Assembly (NCBI GenBank): GCA_018402725.1
Contig: JAGYII010000005.1
Location: 11,308-75,307, forward strand
Length of the DNA: 64,000 nucleotides
From: Candidatus Izemoplasma sp.
GTDB taxonomy: Bacteria > Bacillota_I > Bacilli_A > Izemoplasmatales > Izemoplasmataceae
Reading direction: 5' to 3'
A program made the translations under genes and the position numbers. The notes under the pieces were generated by a model. It was given only the letters and a program-made list of their open reading frames with translations. It was not told where the DNA came from and did no database searches. Below are positions 10,274-19,653 of this stretch, one piece after another. Within the stretch, counting starts at the first letter, position 1. Each line of letters begins with the position of its first letter.

Positions 10274-11649
10274 AGCGAGACTAAGACAAATCTTAAAATA
10301 AATAAGACGGCTAGGATATACATCACTGGATTCACTTCTTTACCTCGTTTAGACGCTAACATGGTAATCGGGTAGAAGATAAATCCGACCGCAATCCCTT
10401 CCGCAATAGAGAAGGCTAAGATCATGAAAATAATCGTTAAGAATGAGGGCACGACAATCGCTTTATCTGACCAATCTAACTCTTTGAGTTGACCAATCAT
10501 TAACGCTCCCACCATAATCAGTGCCATTGATGTCACCGGCGAATAGACAATCGGATCGCCAAAGGCATCAAAAGCAACAACGACTCCATTCACGATGCTT
10601 AAAATCGGGAAGATTACAATCGAGACTAAGAATAAGATGCCAACCGTGACCGCGGTTAAACCGGTCCGGCCTCCTTGTTCGATCCCGGTGGTGGATTCTA
10701 CATAACTCGTCACCGTGGAGGTTCCTAAAACAGCCCCCACGACGGTTCCCACAGAATCAGCAAGTAAAGGCCCGTTGCCGCCCATGAGTTCTCCGTCTTC
10801 GTTCATTAAATTGGCTTGTTTACCGACCCCAATTAAGGTGCCTGCGGTGTCAAAGAAATCGACAAATAAGAAGGTAAAGATAATTAAGAAGGCTTCAGGG
10901 GATGCGAATAATTCACCAAACCCACTAAAGAAAGCAAAGAATACTTCAGAAAATCCTTCACCGAGTCCGCCGACACTTCCTGGGTTAAATGAAGGCATGA
11001 ATTCAACGCCTACTAATCCTAAGATGAGTCCGACTACCGCGGTGGTAGTGATGGCGATAATCAAACTGAATTTGTTTCCAGCTGCATAGAGTGCCACCGC
11101 CACAATTAAACCAAATACCCCAAGAATAACTGCTGGATTTGAAAAGTCACCAAGTCCGACAAAGGTCGGAGGGTAGGCGACAATAATGCCCGCATTTTTA
11201 AGACCGATAAAGGCGATGAAAAATCCTATCCCGGCCCCAACAGCAATCTTTAATCCGGCGGGAATCGCTTCAATGACTTTTTTACGTAAGCCTGAAAGAG
11301 AAATGACCACGAATAAAACCCCGGAAATAAAAACAGCCGCTAACGCTGCTTGGTAAGATAAACCATAACCGAAAACGACCGTGAAAGTGAAAAAGGCGTT
11401 AATGCCCATTCCAGGAGCTAATGCTACCGGATAATTCGCCAATAAACCCATCATTAAGGTGGCAATGGCGGCGGAGAGTGCGGTGGCTAAAAAGACCCCA
11501 CTAAACGGCATTCCGGTTTTAGAAAGTAAATCCGCATTGACCGGTAAAATATAGGCCATCGCGAGGAAGGTTGTTAAGCCCGCAAGCAATTCAGTTCTGA
11601 GTGAACTGCCCCGTTCTTCAACCTTGAAAAACTGAAGAATCTTTTCCAA
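10270..11649 (-). CDS. pbuG: NCS2/AzgA-family hypoxanthine/guanine permease (PbuG/GhxP-like). It apparently uses a TTG start.
   Basis: A 459 aa polytopic membrane protein whose N-terminus (RTELLAGLTTFLAMAYI) is typical of PbuG. A guanine riboswitch lies upstream. An AGGAGG sits 9 nt before the TTG. Confidence 0.8.
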   Translation of the reverse strand: MEKILQFFKVEERGSSLRTELLAGLTTFLAMAYILPVNADLLSKTGMPFSGVFLATALSAAIATLMMGLLANYPVALAPGMGINAFFTFTVVFGYGLSYQAALAAVFISGVLFVVISLSGLRKKVIEAIPAGLKIAVGAGIGFFIAFIGLKNAGIIVAYPPTFVGLGDFSNPAVILGVFGLIVAVALYAAGNKFSLIIAITTTAVVGLILGLVGVEFMPSFNPGSVGGLGEGFSEVFFAFFSGFGELFASPEAFLIIFTFLFVDFFDTAGTLIGVGKQANLMNEDGELMGGNGPLLADSVGTVVGAVLGTSTVTSYVESTTGIEQGGRTGLTAVTVGILFLVSIVIFPILSIVNGVVVAFDAFGDPIVYSPVTSMALIMVGALMIGQLKELDWSDKAIVVPSFLTIIFMILAFSIAEGIAVGFIFYPITMLASKRGKEVNPVMYILAVLFILRFVLVSL

Positions 11650-11699
11650 AATAAAAAACCTCCTATTTTTTGGTCAGTATCATGAACGCAAAAAAAGAA

Positions 11700-11790
11700 G
11701 ATTTGCGGGTATCATAGTCCCTTTGTTTACGGTAAAGGGGTAGAGACAGCTAAACCGTATTTTTAGCCATATATGATACTAACCTACTTC
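11700..11790 (-). ncRNA. Purine riboswitch (G-box) with a guanine-type discriminator C, located in the pbuG leader.
   Basis: The minus strand reads GUAUCAUA-UAU-GGCUAAA-AAUACGG-UUUAGCU-GUCUCUACC-CCUUUA-CCGUAAAC-AAAGGG-AC-UAUGAUAC. This gives an 8-bp P1, P2 and P3 stems, L2 GG and L3 CC for the loop-loop contact, and the conserved J2-3 UCUACC and CCGUAAA. The AC in J3-1 matches the xpt-type riboswitch. Confidence 0.8.
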
Positions 11791-11826
11791 TATTAAATCA
11801 AAAAGAATGAAAAAAATCATCTATTT

Positions 11827-12477
11827 TCAGAAAATTTTTTCATTCTTTTTTAATTGACGGCCCCAGGCATAAAATATGGCCTGACTTAGAAGTAAAAAAA
11901 CTAAGATAATGAGCGCGCTAGTAAACCAAAAATTAGAGGGCAACAACTGAATCAAAACATCATCTGATCTTAGGATCCAATCATCATTTGAAAAGAATAA
12001 CTCATGAAAGCGAGTAAACACTCGGTTAAAATCAATCAACATCCATCCCCCGATAAAGAGGGTAAAAAATAAGGGAATGATAAACATCGTTTCTAGTGTT
12101 TTAGAAAACTCTTTTTTATTTATTTTAGATAGGTAAACCAATCCACCGATCGCGACTAAACCGGATAATCCTGCCACCACTCTTAACACGGTATAAAGAT
12201 TTTTAACATCCACCATGTGTCTGATTTCAATCTCACGCATTAAAGTGGATTCATCTAAAGCATTTGCCCCAAAGGTTAAATCATCGTTCCGGTAATTTAA
12301 ATAATCAATCAACTGATGGGCCACATAACGATGGTCATAGGTGATTTCTTGATGTAAGGCATAACGCCCTTCTGAAAGGCTCATATAAACCCGGCTTGTG
12401 AGGAGTTGTGCAAACGTCATCAATAGAAATACCAACATCAATAATTGAATCGAGATACGGATTAAATTACGCATCAT
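11827..12477 (-). CDS. Hypothetical integral membrane protein (possibly DUF1461-like). It overlaps the purB stop by 11 nt.
   Basis: A 216 aa ORF with about 4 TM segments and no catalytic motif. It is co-directional with and overlaps purB. Confidence 0.4.
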   Translation of the reverse strand: MMRNLIRISIQLLMLVFLLMTFAQLLTSRVYMSLSEGRYALHQEITYDHRYVAHQLIDYLNYRNDDLTFGANALDESTLMREIEIRHMVDVKNLYTVLRVVAGLSGLVAIGGLVYLSKINKKEFSKTLETMFIIPLFFTLFIGGWMLIDFNRVFTRFHELFFSNDDWILRSDDVLIQLLPSNFWFTSALIILVFLLLSQAIFYAWGRQLKKNEKIF

Positions 12478-13768
12478 GAATGCCTAGTCTTGTATAGATG
12501 GCGTCCACATGTTTCATTGCTTGTAGGGGATCAAAACAGGCTTTGATTTCATCGGGTTTTAAGACGGCTCCGATGGTTTCATCTTTTAAAAGGATAGTTT
12601 GAAAATGGGTCGATTCTTCTAAGGCTCTAAAGGTTAAGGGTTGGATATAATCATAGGCTTGTTCCCGGGTCCAACCTTTTTGAATTAGGGCATGAAGGAC
12701 ATATTGAGAGAAGATAATGCCGTTAGAAGCTTCAATGTGTTCCCGCATCTTATCTTCATAAACTTCAATGCCTTCGAGGACTCGTTGGTACCGGTCCACC
12801 ATGTAATCGACTAAACTGACCGCATCAGGAATAATGATTCTTTCTACGGATGAATGGGAAATATCTCGTTCATGCCATAAGGCAATATCTTCATACGCAG
12901 GACTCACATAGGAACGGACCACTCTGGCAACCCCCATCATGTTTTCAGAGGCAATGGGATTTCTTTTGTGGGGCATCGCCGAAGAGCCTTTTTGACGGAA
13001 TCCAAACGCTTCTTTAACTTCTGAAATCTCACTTCGTTGTAAGTGTCTCACTTCTAACGCCATTTGTTCAATCCCGGTCGCAATAAGAGCTAAGACGTGA
13101 AGATAATTTGCATGGCGATCGCGGCTAATAACTTGGGTAGAAATCATCACCGGTTTCAGATGAAGAATCTTACATACCTCTTCTTCTAATTCTAATCCCG
13201 TATGAGCATACGTGCCGACGGCCCCACTGATTTTCCCGACTTCAATTTCTTTACGAGCTTCTTTAAAGCGGGCGAGATGCCGATTCATGATGTCATACCA
13301 AAGTGCAAACTTTAATCCAAAGCTTGTCACATCCGCATGGATTCCGTGGGTTCTTCCGATGATTGGAACGTGCTTATATTTCAAGGCTTGTTTTTTAATC
13401 GTTTCAATCAGTTTCACAAGGCCTGCTTCAATCCCTTGATTGGCGGATTTAAAAGCAATCCCTAAAGCGGTATCGACAATATCTGTACTGGTCAATCCAT
13501 AATGAAACCATTTCTTTTCTTCGCCTAAATTACGCGTCACACTTCTTGTAAAAGCGATGACATCATGGTGAACTTCTTCTTCTGTTTTTAAGATGTCTTC
13601 AACATCAATCGAAACACCCGCTTCGATTTTATCCACGTCTTCTTCGGGAATCAACCCGAGTTTAACGTAGGCTTTTAAGGCGGCTATTTCAACTTCTAAA
13701 AATCGCTCAAAACGTTCTTGATCAGAGAATAAGGCTTTTAACCAAGGGCGTTGGTATCTTGAAATCAT
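12467..13768 (-). CDS. purB: Adenylosuccinate lyase.
   Basis: A 433 aa ORF from the fumarate-lyase family with the PurB signature region (GSSAMPHKRNP). Confidence 0.9.
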   Translation of the reverse strand: MISRYQRPWLKALFSDQERFERFLEVEIAALKAYVKLGLIPEEDVDKIEAGVSIDVEDILKTEEEVHHDVIAFTRSVTRNLGEEKKWFHYGLTSTDIVDTALGIAFKSANQGIEAGLVKLIETIKKQALKYKHVPIIGRTHGIHADVTSFGLKFALWYDIMNRHLARFKEARKEIEVGKISGAVGTYAHTGLELEEEVCKILHLKPVMISTQVISRDRHANYLHVLALIATGIEQMALEVRHLQRSEISEVKEAFGFRQKGSSAMPHKRNPIASENMMGVARVVRSYVSPAYEDIALWHERDISHSSVERIIIPDAVSLVDYMVDRYQRVLEGIEVYEDKMREHIEASNGIIFSQYVLHALIQKGWTREQAYDYIQPLTFRALEESTHFQTILLKDETIGAVLKPDEIKACFDPLQAMKHVDAIYTRLGIHDA

Positions 13769-14598
13769 AAGGTTTCTTCCTTTCGAAGAACAGCTTCATA
13801 GGTGTTTTCTAATAAGGCATAAATCGTCATCGGACCGACTCCTCCAGGAACGGGAGTCATCGCTTCTACAACATCTTTTAAAGCTTCAAAATCAACATCT
13901 CCGACCAGTTTCCCATCGACTCGGTTAATTCCGACATCGATGATGATTACGCCTTTTTTGACCATGTCTGGTTGAATCAAATTAGGTACACCCACCGCTG
14001 CAATTAAAACATCTGCGGGCAAGGTGAGGGCTTTTAAATCTTTTGATTTAGAGTGGGCCACTGTGACACTCATATTTTCTTTGAGTAATAGATGAATGAG
14101 CGGTTTACCCACGATCAAACTTCGACCCACAATCACGACGTGCTGACCTTTTAAATGAATATTTGATTCCTTTAAAAGACGAATAATTCCTTTTGGAGTT
14201 GCCGGAACAAATCCCTCCCGGTCTTGCACTAACATTGCTAAATTATGGGGGTGAAATCCATCCACATCTTTGGTTGGATCAATTCGGTCAATCACCTTAT
14301 TTTGATCAAACCCATCTGGTAAAGGAAGCTGCACTAAAATACCATCCACTTCACTATCTTGATTCAGTTCATCAATGCACTTTAGTAACGACGCTTCAGT
14401 AAATTTATCTTTGATAATTCGACTCTTAAAGCCGACCTCAATGGCGGCTTTTTCTTTGGCCGTCACATACGATAAAGACGCCGGATGATCGGTCGCTAAA
14501 ACCACCACTAAATGCGGTTGTTTTTTGAGGGTTTGAACCCGGTCTTTAAGGCTGCGTCTTAATCTAGACGCGATGGCTTTACCGTCGATTAAATGCAT
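13765..14598 (-). CDS. folD: Bifunctional methylenetetrahydrofolate dehydrogenase/cyclohydrolase.
   Basis: A 277 aa ORF with strong FolD similarity (GRSLIVGKP, PVPGGVGPMT). Confidence 0.9.
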   Translation of the reverse strand: MHLIDGKAIASRLRRSLKDRVQTLKKQPHLVVVLATDHPASLSYVTAKEKAAIEVGFKSRIIKDKFTEASLLKCIDELNQDSEVDGILVQLPLPDGFDQNKVIDRIDPTKDVDGFHPHNLAMLVQDREGFVPATPKGIIRLLKESNIHLKGQHVVIVGRSLIVGKPLIHLLLKENMSVTVAHSKSKDLKALTLPADVLIAAVGVPNLIQPDMVKKGVIIIDVGINRVDGKLVGDVDFEALKDVVEAMTPVPGGVGPMTIYALLENTYEAVLRKEETL

Positions 14599-14601
14599 GG
14601 A

Positions 14602-16095
14602 TTACACTCCTAAATAAAGGGACCCGTATTTCTCTTTTAAATACTGAATATAATATTTTACATTAAAAGGTTCTTGCGTGACCTCTAAGATAAGTTCATC
14701 TGGAGTTTTGGTTTTCCCAAATTGGTGAATTTTATCTTTTAACCAGCCATTAACATGCGCGATATTATTCGAGCGTATCACATCGTCTAAATCAAACTCT
14801 TTAAGCATTGCATAATAAATTTGTGCGGCATAAGCACTTCCTAATGCGTAGGTTGGAAAATACCCAAAGGCCCCGCCACTCCAGTGGACATCTTGAAGTA
14901 ATCCATCCGCATCATTTTCAACATCAATGTTTAAATATTCTTTCACTTTTTTGTTCCATAATTGAGGCAGATCTTCCATCGATAATCCTTCATTAAAGAT
15001 CGCCCGCTCACATTCATATCGAACCATAATATGAAGGGGATAGGTAAGTTCATCGGCTTCAACGCGGATGAATGATTGTTCGACCCAGTTGATCCCTAAA
15101 TAAAAGGTATCGACATCGACATCTTTAAGGGGTTCAGGAAAGATGGATTTGAGTTTAGGATAATGGACCTCCCAAAACGCTTTAGACCGACCGACAACAT
15201 TTTCATAAAACCGGGATTGAGATTCGTGGATTCCCATCGAAGTTCCTGATTTTAAATTGGTCGACGTCAAGGCGTCATTGATTTGCATCTCATAGGTGGC
15301 ATGACCGAGTTCGTGAATCCCCGCAAAGATCGATGAAAACATAAAGTTTTCTAAATACCGGACTGTGTATCTGACATCCCCGGGATGGGTATTCCAGGTG
15401 AACGGATGAACGGATTCTTTTAAGAGTCCACGGTCTAAATCATAATGGAAGACTTCATTTAAATACTCGACAAATTCCTTTTGACCCGCTTTAGGGAAGT
15501 GACGATCAATGAACGCTGGTTTTTTAGGACGGTGATTTAAAACCTCTTTCACAAACGGCACTAAATCTTTTCTTAAAGCGTCAAAGAAGGCATCGTATTT
15601 TTCCATGTTCATGCCTTTTTCATAATCATCTAGTAAAACATCATACGGCGCTTTTTCTTGATTCCGGTAGGTAATCATCTGACGGGCTTTTTTGATAATC
15701 TCCCCTAAGGTATCTTTAAAAGCCGCATAATTATTTTCTTTTTTAGCCCCTTCCCAGGTGCGCTGTGCTAAAGAAAGTAATTTTTGATAAGCAGCGTACT
15801 CTACGGGAGGAATGTTGACCATTTTTTGAAGGGATTCATGCGCTCTTTCGATTTCTTGACGGTCTTGTTTAGGGAGTTGGTCTTTGGTTTCAAATAACTC
15901 CTTAACGACTTCTTGGTACTCTTTAGAAAGCATCAAAGAAAAAGCTTCTTGGCTAATGATACTTTGCATCTCTGCCCGAAAGGGAAAAGCGTGTTTTGGC
16001 GCTTCAGTATTAGAATCCCACCCCAAGACATTTAAAACATATTGGTAGGCTTGTTGTTTCTTTTGGAGTGCTTTAAAGGTTTCAAATGAATTCAT
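14602..16095 (-). CDS. M32-family carboxypeptidase (carboxypeptidase Taq-like).
   Basis: A 497 aa ORF with HELGHA (HExxH), HESQS and GYFPTY motifs characteristic of peptidase M32. Confidence 0.8.
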   Translation of the reverse strand: MNSFETFKALQKKQQAYQYVLNVLGWDSNTEAPKHAFPFRAEMQSIISQEAFSLMLSKEYQEVVKELFETKDQLPKQDRQEIERAHESLQKMVNIPPVEYAAYQKLLSLAQRTWEGAKKENNYAAFKDTLGEIIKKARQMITYRNQEKAPYDVLLDDYEKGMNMEKYDAFFDALRKDLVPFVKEVLNHRPKKPAFIDRHFPKAGQKEFVEYLNEVFHYDLDRGLLKESVHPFTWNTHPGDVRYTVRYLENFMFSSIFAGIHELGHATYEMQINDALTSTNLKSGTSMGIHESQSRFYENVVGRSKAFWEVHYPKLKSIFPEPLKDVDVDTFYLGINWVEQSFIRVEADELTYPLHIMVRYECERAIFNEGLSMEDLPQLWNKKVKEYLNIDVENDADGLLQDVHWSGGAFGYFPTYALGSAYAAQIYYAMLKEFDLDDVIRSNNIAHVNGWLKDKIHQFGKTKTPDELILEVTQEPFNVKYYIQYLKEKYGSLYLGV

Positions 16096-16113
16096 ATCGT
16101 ATCTCCTTTGTTT

Positions 16114-17784
16114 TTAAAATAGTCCTTCAACACTGCCGTCTTCATTGAGTCCCATGTTGACGGCTGAAGGGACTTTTGGAAGGCCTGGCATGGTCATAAC
16201 ATCGCCCGTTAAAGCGACAATAAATCCTGCCCCAATCGAAGGTCTTAGTTCGCGGATGGTGATGGTAAAATCTTCGGGCCGGCCGAGTTTAGTCGGATCA
16301 TCCGTGAGTGAGTATTGGGTTTTAGCCATACAGACTCTTAGTCGATCCCAACCCAGTTTCTTATAACTTCTAAGTTGGCTTAAAGCTTGAGCGCTAAACT
16401 CAACATGAGTCGCCCCATAAGCTTTGGAAGTAATGGCTTTAATTTTGTTTTCTAAGGAGTCTTCTTTTTGATAAAGCGGTTGATAGTTGGAAGGTTGTTC
16501 GATGGCACTAAGCACTTTTTCTGCCAAGGCCACCCCACCTTGTCCTCCGTTTTTAAAGACTTCAGATAAGGCAAAGGGATGGTTCTTTTCGTCGAGTAAT
16601 TCGTGGAGAGTATCAATCTCCTGTTTCGTATCTGAATCAAACGCATTGATGGCTACGACATAAGGGAGTCCAAAGTTTTGAATCGTTTCAATGTGCTTTT
16701 CTAAATTTTTAAATCCATTTTTAAGGGCCAAAACATCTTCTTCTTTGAGTTGATCTTTCTTAAGGCCTCCATGCATTTTAAGCGCTCTAATGGTCGCAAC
16801 AATCACGACAACACTGGGGGTTAAATTCCCTTCTTGGGCTTTAATATCTAAGAATTTTTCAGCCCCTAAATCAGCACCAAAACCTGCTTCGGTAATGACA
16901 TAATCTGCCATCTTTAAGCCCAGTTTAGTCGCAATAATCGAATTGCATCCGTGCGCGATATTCGCAAATGGGCCACCGTGGACTAGGACTGGGGTGTGTT
17001 CAAGGGTTTGCACGAGGTTGGGTTTAATCGCGTCTTTTAAGACCATCGCAACGGCCCCTTCAATCCCTAAATCTCCTACCGTGACTGGTTCTTTATTGAG
17101 ATTATATCCAATCACCATCCGTTTTAAACGTATCTTTAAATCATTGACATCTTCTGCCAAGGTTAAGACGGCCATGACTTCTGAGGCGACCGAGATATTA
17201 AATCCTTCTTCGCGAGGAACAGAGTGGGCTTTTCCTCCTAATCCAATCGTAATATTTCGAAGCGAGCGATCATTCATATCAAGCGCTCGTTTCCAGGTTA
17301 TGTTACGGATATCAATATTAAGTTCATTCCCTTGATGCAGGTGATTGTCGATCACCGCACTAATTAAATTATTAGCAGTAGTGACCGCGTGAATATCGCC
17401 CGTAAAATGCAGATTTAAGTCTTCCATCGGAATGACCTGGGCATAGCCTCCACCGGCCGCGCCTCCTTTAACCCCAAAGACCGGACCTAAGGAAGGTTCT
17501 CTTAAGGCAACGATAGCCTTCTTATTTAGAACTCCGAAAGCTTGACCTAATCCTACAGTTGTGGTAGATTTACCTTCACCTGCAGGCGTTGGATTAATCG
17601 CAGTCACTAAAATCAACTTACCTTCTTTTTGATTTTTAAAACGGCGAATCCCTTCGGCACTTATCTTGGCTTTAAAAGGACCGTATAATTCTAAATCATC
17701 CCCGGTTAATCCGAGGGACGCTCCTATTTCAATGATGGGTTTTGGAGTCGTTCGCTTTGCAATTTCTAAATCGCTTAATGGCAT
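16114..17784 (-). CDS. fhs: Formate--tetrahydrofolate ligase.
   Basis: A 556 aa ORF with FTHFS signature regions ([12 protein letters not shown], glycine-rich loop). Confidence 0.95.
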   Translation of the reverse strand: MPLSDLEIAKRTTPKPIIEIGASLGLTGDDLELYGPFKAKISAEGIRRFKNQKEGKLILVTAINPTPAGEGKSTTTVGLGQAFGVLNKKAIVALREPSLGPVFGVKGGAAGGGYAQVIPMEDLNLHFTGDIHAVTTANNLISAVIDNHLHQGNELNIDIRNITWKRALDMNDRSLRNITIGLGGKAHSVPREEGFNISVASEVMAVLTLAEDVNDLKIRLKRMVIGYNLNKEPVTVGDLGIEGAVAMVLKDAIKPNLVQTLEHTPVLVHGGPFANIAHGCNSIIATKLGLKMADYVITEAGFGADLGAEKFLDIKAQEGNLTPSVVVIVATIRALKMHGGLKKDQLKEEDVLALKNGFKNLEKHIETIQNFGLPYVVAINAFDSDTKQEIDTLHELLDEKNHPFALSEVFKNGGQGGVALAEKVLSAIEQPSNYQPLYQKEDSLENKIKAITSKAYGATHVEFSAQALSQLRSYKKLGWDRLRVCMAKTQYSLTDDPTKLGRPEDFTITIRELRPSIGAGFIVALTGDVMTMPGLPKVPSAVNMGLNEDGSVEGLF

Positions 17785-17838
17785 CTCTAGCTCCTTTTTT
17801 AAGTCAATCGAAATCTGGTTATGCTATACTATTTTTAG

Positions 17839-18378
17839 GTGAATTCCATGAACAAAGAAAAAATTCTTAGGTACAGTGAACCGGTCACGATGGTTCTCAG
17901 TTTCATGTCCTTAATCGGGATTTTTTTTACCGTTCAAGGGGAAAGTGGATTTTACTTAATCTACTCCAATACTATGTTTATTATAACGCTCTTTATCTTT
18001 CCTGGGTTGATGGTCTTTTTTGGCCGGCTCATCTTATTAAGAGCCACCCCTAAAAATATGCCACCTCTGCTTTATCCTTTATTATTCTTATATACCTTTA
18101 TCCCGACGTCTTACGTCTTAATCCCTTATTTATTCCAAGGGTTTATGGACGGCTCTGCGGTTGAAATCTTATTTGTTATCTTTGAAGGGTCGGTTTTTAT
18201 TGGAGGCATTATTTTCTTCTTTTACTTCTTTAATAAACGCGTCAAAGGGAGAATTCGCCGATTTGATTTAAGATTGTTTCTTCATTATTTAGTCGGTGGG
18301 CTGGTGTACTTTTATTTCATCCGGCTCTCGTTTGTAGCGACTTTTCTCATCCAAATTGCGTTTGAATCTGTCAACTAA
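17839..18378 (+). CDS. Hypothetical aromatic-rich polytopic membrane protein.
   Basis: A 179 aa ORF with 4-5 predicted TM helices and no recognisable motif. A terminator follows it. Confidence 0.4.
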   Translation: MNSMNKEKILRYSEPVTMVLSFMSLIGIFFTVQGESGFYLIYSNTMFIITLFIFPGLMVFFGRLILLRATPKNMPPLLYPLLFLYTFIPTSYVLIPYLFQGFMDGSAVEILFVIFEGSVFIGGIIFFFYFFNKRVKGRIRRFDLRLFLHYLVGGLVYFYFIRLSFVATFLIQIAFESVN

Positions 18379-18402
18379 GCATCCTCCGGGATGCTTTTTT
18401 TA
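18379..18402. terminator. Bidirectional terminator GCATCCTCCGGGATGC followed by T7, between the hypothetical gene and purA.
   Basis: A perfect 6-bp GC-rich stem and a T-run between convergent genes. Confidence 0.7.
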
Positions 18403-19644
18403 TAGAATGTTTGTCATTCTCAAGGTCTGTTCGCGGTGCTTACCAACTGAAATCATTCCCACGGGGATGCCGGTGTGTTTTTCAATCGCTTTTAAATACA
18501 ATTTAGCGGCTTGCGGGAGTTGATTATAATCGCTCAGCGTTGAGAGGTCTTCATCAAAACCTTCAAGGGTTTCAAAGATCGGGGTGCATTCCGCTAAGAT
18601 TTCTGGTTCAGCTGGGAAAGTGTCTAAACGGGTCCCGTGATAGTCATAGGCGATCACTAATTTTAAGGGGTGGATACCACTTAAGACATCAAAAAGAGTC
18701 AAAATCAAGGCATCAAATTGATTGACGCGGTGCGCGTGTTTTAAGGCGACTAAGTCTAGATATCCAATACGGCGAGGACGGCCGGTGGTCGTCCCGTACT
18801 CATTGCCTTTTTCTCTGATTTGATGAGCGAGTTCTTCGTTCATTTCACTGACTAAAGTTCCCTCACCGACCCGGGTAGTATAGGCCTTAACAACGCCTAA
18901 AACTTTTTGAATTTGTTTAGGTGAAACCCCGGCACCTTGAGGGATACCCGCAGCACTGGTGGCTGAAGAGGTCACATATGGATAGGTTCCGTGATCGATA
19001 TCTAAAAGCGTCCCTTGAGCCCCTTCAAATAAAATGAATTGGTCTTTCTTAAAGGCTTCTGATAATAGATATGACGTATCTTGAACCATGGGCGCAAGTT
19101 CTTTTTGGAAGGGGGCATAGGTATCTAATAATGCTTTAATCTTTTCTTCCGTTAAATCATGCGTTTGGTCGTTTCTTAAATACGCTTCAAAAAGCGCTTC
19201 ATTCACAAAAGCACCCATTCTTAATCCAGTCCGACCCACTTTATCCATGTAAGCCGGTCCTATTCCTTTTAAGGTGGTCCCGATATTTTGGGTTTTTTCG
19301 TTTTCTTTATCTTTTTCAATATGATGGGGCAAAATCACATGGGCCCGGTTTGAAATCGCAATGGTCGGAGTGAGACCCACACCTTTAAGGGTTTTAATTT
19401 CTAGACTTAAAGAAACGGGATTAATCACCATTCCGTTGCCTAATATATTCAGCGTATGGGGTCTGATCGATCCTGAAGGTAATAAATGAAGGGCAAATTT
19501 ATGCCCGTTGGCATAAATCGTATGACCCGCATTGTCTCCGCCTTGAAAACGCACCACAACATCGGCTTTTTCGGCTAAATAATCGGTGATTTTTCCTTTT
19601 CCTTCGTCGCCCCATTGGGCGCCGATAATTGCATATGATGGCAT
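18400..19644 (-). CDS. purA: Adenylosuccinate synthetase.
   Basis: A 414 aa ORF with the N-terminal QWGDEGKGK P-loop and GGDNAGHT. Confidence 0.95.
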   Translation of the reverse strand: MPSYAIIGAQWGDEGKGKITDYLAEKADVVVRFQGGDNAGHTIYANGHKFALHLLPSGSIRPHTLNILGNGMVINPVSLSLEIKTLKGVGLTPTIAISNRAHVILPHHIEKDKENEKTQNIGTTLKGIGPAYMDKVGRTGLRMGAFVNEALFEAYLRNDQTHDLTEEKIKALLDTYAPFQKELAPMVQDTSYLLSEAFKKDQFILFEGAQGTLLDIDHGTYPYVTSSATSAAGIPQGAGVSPKQIQKVLGVVKAYTTRVGEGTLVSEMNEELAHQIREKGNEYGTTTGRPRRIGYLDLVALKHAHRVNQFDALILTLFDVLSGIHPLKLVIAYDYHGTRLDTFPAEPEILAECTPIFETLEGFDEDLSTLSDYNQLPQAAKLYLKAIEKHTGIPVGMISVGKHREQTLRMTNIL

Positions 19645-19653
19645 CGATATCTC

